The notes under the pieces are model-generated. The model searched no databases and was not told the origin of the DNA. It was given only the letters and a program-made list of their open reading frames with translations. Position numbers and translations under genes: made by a program. This document shows positions 55,456 to 64,000 of a stretch of 64,000 bases of DNA, in pieces. The stretch is from Paraspadella gotoi (taxonomy: Eukaryota > Animalia > Chaetognatha): assembly GCA_051294375.1 (NCBI GenBank), contig CM119265.1, forward strand, positions 26,769,553-26,833,552, read 5' to 3'. Position 1 is the first letter of the stretch, and every line of letters starts with the position of its first letter.

Positions 55456-55823
55456 ATTTGATATAACACAATGAAAGAAAGGATTACACAAAAAGTCAAC
55501 ATTTTATTCTATTTTAAATTCCAAATGTCGGCTGGCGTTTAGCGGACTATGCGACGGTTAGATGTCAGACGCAACGTTGGAGGGTCCTTTTATATAGCAA
55601 CCTCGTCCTCTCTCTCATCTCTCACTCTCCTCTTTCTCTCTTTCTGTCTCTCTCTCTCTCTCTGTCTCTTGTCTCTCCTCTCTTCCTTTAATTCATGATC
55701 CACGGGATAATTTTCTTGTTTTTCTCGGAGAAAGAAACAAAGGGCATCTAATTATATGTTTTCGCCTCTCCGCCAGAGTGCTTGGAAGAGGGAGAGAGAG
55801 AGAGAGATAGAGAGAGAGAGAGT

Positions 55824-55859
<36 letters not shown>

Positions 55860-56428
55860 AGAGATAGATAGACGCTGTCTCTTGCATCCGCTAGAGGCTT
55901 TGGTCCTAGATTAAATCAGATCAATATCTTATTTTTTATTTTATTTTTATTTTCTTGTTTTTTATTTTTCGCTTTTCTATTATTCTACATATTATTCATA
56001 TTCTCTCTCCTCTTCTCTCCTTCTCTCTCTCTTCTCTTCTCTCTCTCTCTTTTCTCACTCTCTCTTCTCAATTACTTCTCTCTCTCTCTCTCTCGTTTTC
56101 TCTAATTTTCTCCTCTTTTTGTCTCAAAACTTCGTATCATTTGTTTATTCTATATATGTAACCAAATTGCAGACATATATTATGATAGAAAGAAACGAGA
56201 GAGAGAGAGGCAGAATATGAGAAGAGAGAGAGGAAGGATGAGGAGAGAGAGATTAAGGAGAGAGAGAGAGAGATGAGATAGAAAGAAATGAACGAAACGG
56301 CAACAAACAAATGAAAAACAGAAAAAAAAGACTAGCAATTTGATCTGATTTATAGCTCAAGCCTCAGCGACTAGCAATGAGGCTCTCTCTCTACTCTCTA
56401 CTCTCTCTCTCTTCTCTCTCTCTCGTCT

Positions 56429-56478
<50 letters not shown>

Positions 56479-57874
56479 TCTCCTCCAACTGAACGGGATT
56501 TCAAACGATAATTAATCTAACAAAACCTTCATCTCCCTTATTCCTCTATTTCGGACTTGCCTTTTCCTATTTCCCCTCTCGCTTTTCCCTTCCCTTCTTT
56601 CTTTTCTTTTTTTTTCATTTCCTCCACTTTTCTTTTCTCTCTTTCTCCTCCTTTTCTTTCCTTTCTTTTCTCACTTCCTTTTTTTCTTTCCTTCTTTTCT
56701 CATTTTCTTATTCACTTCTTTCTTTCCTTCTATGCTTCAAGTATATAATGGGTGATAGACAGACGCCGGGTCTAATTACCCCCTCCTTCTCATTCACCTC
56801 CTCCTTCATCCTCTCCCAGGGATATTCGGGCACGTTTCACGAGATTCAGTTTCACCTTCCTCTCTCTCCTATCAGATCTCTTCTCCCTTTTTGTTTTACG
56901 CCTGTCAATTTTTTGTCTCAGTAATAGATTTTTTCCTTCCGTCAATATTTTAGTCAATATTAATATTTATAAATTACTTCGGTGTTCTTCCGGTTAGGGA
57001 TTTACCCTTTTCAGGAGCCTTCCTATTGTTTTCCGTTTCTCCCTTTCTCCTTTCTTTTTTCCTTCTTTCCTCTCTTTCTTTTCCTTGCCTTCCTCCTTTC
57101 CTCCCTTTTCCGCTCTCCTCACCAACAAACTTTACTCACTCCGTTCTCGTTTTCAGATGTTGTTTTATCGAAAATAAATCGTCGTGAAATCGTTGAAATC
57201 GTGAAATCGTGAAATCTCTCTCAGATTTCAGAATTTAACTTCTTCGAGTTTCATCGGAGAAATTTCACGAATCGTTTCGTTTATAATGTATTAATATATT
57301 ACATACTAAGTACTATATATATACTACATATTATATACATATTATTATTACACCGACGATGGATTTATTTCTTTTAAGAGAGGCATCTTGCGGATTTAAA
57401 AATAACGTCGAGAGAAAAAAAGTGTTACTTTTCCGTTTTTATTTCATTATATTTTGTACATTTTGTTAAGAAAAAAACCCTACTTATATTCAACAGAGGA
57501 GTTAAAAAATTACGATTTGCGAATTTAAATTCGACGGAAACGTAATTAGATTACAGCATTAAAATTCAGCGGTGTTTGGAGGCGGTTCCCCAGAGGAACG
57601 GCTCTCTCACAATCCAAAAAACTGAATTCCGTCACGTTGAATGAGACTCCCTCTCTTCTCTCTCTCTCTACTCTCTAATCTCTCTCATCTACTCTCCTAT
57701 CTCTCTCTCATGCTCTGCTCTCCTCTCAGTCATCTCTCTCTACTCTCTATTCTCTCTATTCTCTATCTCTCTCTTTCTCTCTATCTCTCTCTCTACTCTC
57801 TCTCTCCTTCTCTTTCTCTCTCTCTCTCTTCTCTCTCTTTTCTCTCTTCTTTCTACTCTCTCTCTCTTACTTTT

Positions 57875-57911
<37 letters not shown>

Positions 57912-60194
57912 TCTCTCTGCTCTCTATCTCTCTCCCTAGTAAGGAGAAGTTAAATTTTTCCTTTCAACGCGATTAAATGAGAGCGGCAGAAATTAGCGGT
58001 CGCATGGAGATTTTTCTTCGCGGTTTTGGTTATGACGTGAGTCGACTTCGTTATGGAATCCAATGACTTTATCTCTAGCTGAGCCACTCGCTCTCTACTC
58101 TCTCTCTTCTCCTCACTCTTCTGGTTCTCTACCCCTCTTTCTTTCTCTCTATCTTCTCTCTCTCTTTCTTCTTCTCTTCGTCTCCTTCTCTCTCTCTCGT
58201 CCTCTCTCGTCTCTCTCTCTCTTCAGATCTCTCTTCTCTCTTCTCTCTCTTCTCTCTCTCTCTCTAAGCTTCTCTCTATCTAACTCACCTCCTGGTTCCT
58301 CTCATTTCCCAAACTACTTTTCAACAGGCTTTGTCTTAAACTTCTTCTTCTCTGCGAAGGACCCTAAGCCCTCTTCCCTTAGCCCCCAACCTCCCCCAAA
58401 CCCTCTACCCCCAAGACCCCTCACTCTCTCCCCACACTCCCGCCCCCCGAACTACCATCCATTCTCGCCTCCAAAAGATGGCGCACGCTTGTTTCCCGCC
58501 AAGTTTTCCGAAACCGTCGAGAAAAATCCATGGATCGGAGATCTGGATAAATCGGTTTTAGTGGCGCCGCGAGAACTTCTCGGAGCAAACTCTATAAGTA
58601 CTTTTTCGGTCGGTCTGTCGATTTCCCGTTCTGTCGGTAATCTCCTCCATTCGGTCTGGTCATTGGATTTAGACCCAACCAGTGTTTCAACTTATGTTAA
58701 AAAATGCAAAAATAATTTTTGCGACTTATATTTGAGGTTTTGCTCCATGGTTTGTTAAGGNNNNNNNNNNNNNNNNNNNNNNNNNNNNNNNNNNNNNNNN
58801 NNNNNNNNNNNNNNNNNNNNNNNNNNNNNNNNNNNNNNNNNNNNNNNNNNNNNNNNNNNNTGTTCTGGACTAAACGACTTCTGCCACTGAAAAGTCAACA
58901 ACCTTCAACCATAAAGTCTGCAGTAGGACGACGACGACGACGACGACGACGTCGACCGCTGCAACGAAATCTTCAAATTCATTATTGATACCACAAACCG
59001 ATAAATGGTAAGCAATGCAACTTAACCAAAAAAAATTGTCTTTAACAATATTGGAGCCAATCAGTCTTTCAACTATCTCTCAAATCATTTCGCCAATCAA
59101 TCTGCCAATCAACCTTCCAATAATTCCGCCAATCAACCTGCCAATCACCCCACCAATTATTCCGCCAATCAATCCACCCACCACTTGAGCAAGCAGCTTT
59201 TAACTTCCCCCCCCGAGAGAGGAGAGGAGAGAGAGAGGAGTGGAGATGCAGAGAGAGATGGGTGATGAGGAGGGAGGAGTTGAGAGAGAGAATAGAGCAC
59301 TGAGATAGAGAGGAGAGACTGAGAGATGAGAACTTTTCATGTTGGAAAGAATGCCATGTAAGGTACGCTATGTTTTAATTTTGTACTCCTCTTCTNNNNN
59401 NNNNNNNNNNNNNNNNNNNNNNNNNNNNNNNNNNNNNNNNNNNNNNNNNNNNNNNNNNNNNNNNNNNNNNNNNNNNNNNNNNNNNNNNNNNNNNNNNNNN
59501 NNNNNNNNNNNNNNNNNNNNNNNNNNNNNNNNNNNNNNNNNNNNNNNNCAGTCTTTGTCTAGCTTGTCTAGTCTAGTATTTAAAAAAAAATAAATAAGAG
59601 AGAGAATAAAAGTTATAAAAAAAACAGAAAGGGCAGGACTCGAACTCTTGACTACTTGACCACAGACGACGACAAGGGACCAGAAAGAAATGGGATACTT
59701 GAGCAGCAGTGGTGATGGGTTTCGTACCAAAGGTGGTCCCCTCTTGGGTGGAAAAAGGTGGAAAAAGGTGGAGAAAAGTGATACAAGGAAAAAGGGAAAA
59801 AGAAAATAATAAAGAAAAAAAAAGGCGATATGTACAAACAAAAGAACCGAAAAGCGAGAAGACAAACAAATCCTCTAGCGGAAAACAAAGTGTGAAACAA
59901 AAGAGCAACTCAATGAAAAAAAAAACAGAGGAGAATATTAAATTAAAAAGGAATTAAAAACGTGTGTAACATATTTACCGTAATTGGTCTGTTAGTTCAG
60001 TTGAAATATAATAATTAAATTAATTATCTTTGTTTGTTTTTTTAATGAGTAAACAAAAAATTAGATCGAATTTTGAATCTTATGTTGAAGATCCAGGGAA
60101 AAAAATCTCGTAAAACCGAATTCATTTGCAGAAAAAGAGTTGACTGGATTCTACCGATGAGATGAGAGAGAGAGAGCAGAGAGAGAGAGACGAG

Positions 60195-60246
<52 letters not shown>

Positions 60247-60734
60247 AAAATGAATGAGCGCGGTAATTGATAAGGAAAGAAAGTTCCAAATCAGAGAGAA
60301 CTTAGAGAAAAAGAGAACGAGCGAGAACGAAACGGAGGCGCGAAGGAGAGAGAGATAAAGAGAAATCAAAAGAAGAGAGAGACGAGAGGAGAGACGAGAG
60401 AGAGAGAGCAGAGCGAGATTGAGAGAAGAGAGAGTCAGAACGAAGACGAGAGACAACTGAATAGGAACCGAAGCAAATTAAGAAAACTGACATCAAGGAA
60501 GACTCATAAAAAGAAGTTTGCGAAATTAAATTTTATTAAAATAAAAATCATATTCACTATAAAAATTCAAGAATCAACCATGACAACAAAAAAACATTAT
60601 CAACAAGCATAAACGACAACAACCAACAACAAAACAAGCAAACAACCGACCATCCACACAACATTTTTTCATGAGACGCTTCGTCACTTTTTCTCTCGAA
60701 ACCATCAAGTTCGCTTCACAGGGACCGCCTTCAA

Positions 60735-60965
60735 CAAGAACGACACATGACTAGCAAGCTCCATCAACAAGAACAACAATGACTAACAGCTCCAACTCAA
60801 CAGAACAGACAATGACTTGACCAGCTCCATCAAACAAGAACAGACAATGACTCACAAGTCCATCACAAAGAACGACAAATGACTACCAGCTCCATGCCAA
60901 CAAGAACAACTAATGACTACAAGCTCCATCAAACAAGAAAAAACAACTGACCACAGCTCCATCAA
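60735..60965. repeat. About 32-bp degenerate tandem repeat
   Basis: Unit approximately atgactaccagctccatcaaacaagaacagaca. Confidence 0.8.
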
Positions 60966-63900
60966 GCCCGCAGCCAAATCTCCATCCACAAAGCTCTTTC
61001 GGTCTCTACCTGCTCTGACGTCGACAGCACGACGAACAGACATCAGACGCAAGACTTGTCCTGCGCGCCGCTCTATGACATTGGATTCCGGCCCTTTTAA
61101 GTACACATCTCCAAATCGCCTGCCATTCTTTTAACCCCAGAATTTTCTCATCACCCAACGGGCCGTTGTCCAAACGATCCTGACCCATGCAATAGGCCGC
61201 GCCAAAAATCCCTAGACCGCTTATCTGAGTAAGGCGAGCACCGCGCCAAAAAGCCGCGCCAGGAAATACGCGACCCTTGCTAAGCGCCTTCCACCACGCA
61301 AAAAACCGCACGTTTAATTCTCGCTGATCTTGTTACATTACGGCCCAGCCATAAAAGCCGCGCCAGAACAACGCGGGACCCATACCTTTTTCCTCTTGCG
61401 CGACGACGACGCAGATACGGCTGGCAACACCACCAGCAAAACAACGCCCGTTTTAACGCTAACCACCAAAAACTATACGCCAAAAAATTACACGCCGAAA
61501 GACGCGCAACGATTTATTTACCTCAGCGAAGCGCCAAGAGCGCAACACTTAATTCCCAGCAACGACGCACGCCACGATTATTCCCACTGACCGCAAAGCC
61601 ATAAGAATTTATGCCCGCAACTGACGCCCAAGGCCAAAAATTAATGCGCCCAGCCTGACGGCCAAGCGCAAAATTATGCCGCCACCTCGACGGCCACAAC
61701 ACAGACGATTCATGCCCACTGACGTCCACGCCAAACATTATTCCCCATCGACCCAAGCCAAGAGTTACTGCCTGCACTGGAGACGCCATGCCAAAAATTC
61801 ATGCCCAACTGACAGCCACGCCACACAATTATGCCGCCACTGCTCTCCCCGCCCCTTAAAGTTCCTTCGAGCGTACCGAAAAGTAGGAAAGCGAAATAAA
61901 AAATATCGGAGAAGAAAATATGCGCGGTTATCCGAGCAGACGAGGTGCTGTAGCAGTTGAGTCCTTTTTAAAAGAGGATGAGATGAGAGAGAGAAAAAGG
62001 TGGAGAAAGGGATAAAACCACAAATGGCCTTTTAGCGGCTAATAATTGGAACATTAAATCGAAAGGAACATTCTGGCAGTGAGCGCGGGCGCGGGTGCAG
62101 AACAGTGCGGAGGGAGGGAGAGAGGGGAGTAGAGAGAAGGGGGGGGAGGGAGGAGAGAGGGGATCAAAAGAAGGCGAAAAAGGAGGATAACGAAAGAATG
62201 AGGAAAAGAGGGAGATGGACGAAAAATGAAAAAATGAAATGCGGAAGATTTGAAAAGAAAGTTTTTCGTAAATAAGCGAGAAAAATATTTAAAAAAAAGG
62301 AAAGTAAATAAAAAAAAAGGAAAGTGGAAGAGACTAAGTTTAACGAAGAAAGTAAAGAAAAATAAGAAAAACGGTAACATCTTGAAAAAAAATTCTGGGG
62401 AAAAGAAAGAAGAGAAAAGCGAGAAAAAAGGAAAAAAAGAATTGTTTTGCGCTGCTTTTCGCTTTTCTGCTCTCTCGTCTCTCTTCTCATCTCGTCTCTC
62501 CTCGTCGTGCGTCACTCTCTCTACTCTCGTCGGTCTCTTCCTCTCTGCTCTCAGAAAATTCTATAAAACCGAGATCAATCACGTTCGCCAGGACACAAAT
62601 GAAATATTAGAAGTATCAAAATGAGATGATCAAAAACAAAATTGCTGCTCTATGCGAAACTAACAATCAAAATAAATACGAAGTAAACAATAATAACTAA
62701 ACGACAGAGAATCTTAACGAAACCGAAAGTAGAGGAGGAGGGAGAGGAGGAGAAAGGAAGGCAGGCAGGAGGAGGACGGGAGGCAGGAGGAGAGGGAGAA
62801 GAGATAACAAACAACAGTGAGCGTGAAAAAAAGTGAAGATCGGCGAGTGAAGTCGACATAAAAACTGAGGAATAGGTGGAAGATGGCCGAGAAAAAGGAG
62901 TGAAAAGAGAAGAGAGAGAGAGAGAGAGAGCAGAGAGAGAGAGAGAGAGGAGAGAGAGAAGAGAGAGAAGAGAGGAGAGAGCAGAGTCAAGACCGGAGAT
63001 GTGCTTCACGGGACAGAAAAAAGAAAGAAAGAAAAAGAAAAGGAAGGAAGATGTTTTGATTGNNNNNNNNNNNNNNNNNNNNNNNNNAGAGAGAGAGAGA
63101 GAGAGAGAGCTTGGGTGAGGCGATTCGGTCGTTAAGGGATTTTGAGAAGTGGAGACTCAAAGAAGCGAGTTTGAAGTTGAAGCAAAAGTAGATTGGGAGC
63201 TGGAGCAAGATCTGAGGTAACTGGAGCGTAATGTAAAAGTACTGGAGCAATTGGAGACAGGCACTAGAGGGGTTTGAAGAAGATATATAATTAAAGGAGC
63301 TATTGAAAGAACAAGTAAACTCTTTTGTGAATGTTTTTCCTTTTAAGGTTTTTTCCTTCTGCAATATCATTGTCCTGTCTCATTTTTCTTTTCTTTTCTT
63401 TCCTTTAACTCCTTTTTTTTCACTCGCACCTACCCTCTTTCCTTTCAACCTTCCTTCCCTTACCTTTTCTTTCCTTTATCTCCTTTTTTCTCAGTCGCAC
63501 TTACCCTCTTCCCTTTCCTCCCCTTACCTTTTCTTTCCTTTCCTCATTTCCTCCGCTTTCCTTTTCTTCTCGCGTCAGACAATCAAAACATCTTCCTCCT
63601 TTTTTTTTCTTCTTTTTCTTCCCGTGAAAAATCTCGGTCTTGACNNNNNNNNNNNNNNNNNNNNNNNNNNNNNNNNNNNNNNNNNNNNNNNNNNNNNNNN
63701 NNNNNNNNNNNNNNNNNNNNNNNNNNNNNNNNNNNNNNNNNNNNNNNNNNNNNNNNNNNNNNNNNNNNNNNNNNNNNNNNNNNNNNNNNNNNNNNNNNNN
63801 NNNNNNNNNNNNNNNNNNNNNNNNNNNNNNNNNNNNNNNNNNNNNNNNNNNNNNNNNNNNNNNNNNNNNNNNNNNNNNNCTCTACTTTCGGTTCGTTAAA

Positions 63901-64000
63901 TTCTCTTCTTTGTATATTTTACTTCTATTTATTTTGATTGTTAGTTTGATAGAAGAGCAATTTTGTTTTGATCATCTCATTTTGAATACTCTAATATTTC

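Noticed and set aside
58861-59007. Possible plus-strand exon ending at a GTAAGC donor
   Set aside because: Gap-flanked and low complexity, with no partner exons or homology.
63110-63290. Coiled-coil-like coding fragment
   Set aside because: Stops and frameshifts in noisy sequence; cannot be supported without reads.

Overview
Animal (invertebrate, probably protostome) genomic scaffold. It is AT-rich, dense in (AG)n/(ACG)n microsatellites, has many N gaps, and shows error-prone long-read-like consensus after about 30.8 kb. Most entries in the ORF track are microsatellite artefacts. Supported content: (1) a two-exon BarH-like homeobox gene on the minus strand (5519-6864) with an apparent frameshift and stop in homeodomain helix 1; (2) the 3' eight exons of a neuroligin-like gene on the minus strand (23726-30318), reconstructed by hand from splice sites and largely missed by the ORF track, with a tandem tRNA-Pro(CGG)/tRNA-Ile(AAT) array in its last intron; (3) a degenerate BED-finger hAT transposase split by a 2.6-kb GT-AG intron (about 47.6-52.1 kb); (4) an unusual GC-rich insert (about 41.6-46.2 kb) with a spliced unknown gene divergent from a chuvirus-glycoprotein/env-like pseudo-ORF; (5) MITEs, Helentron/DINE-like and other dispersed repeats, Penelope-like hairpin and hammerhead remnants, and several minisatellites. 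No database searches were run; homology calls rest on remembered family motifs.
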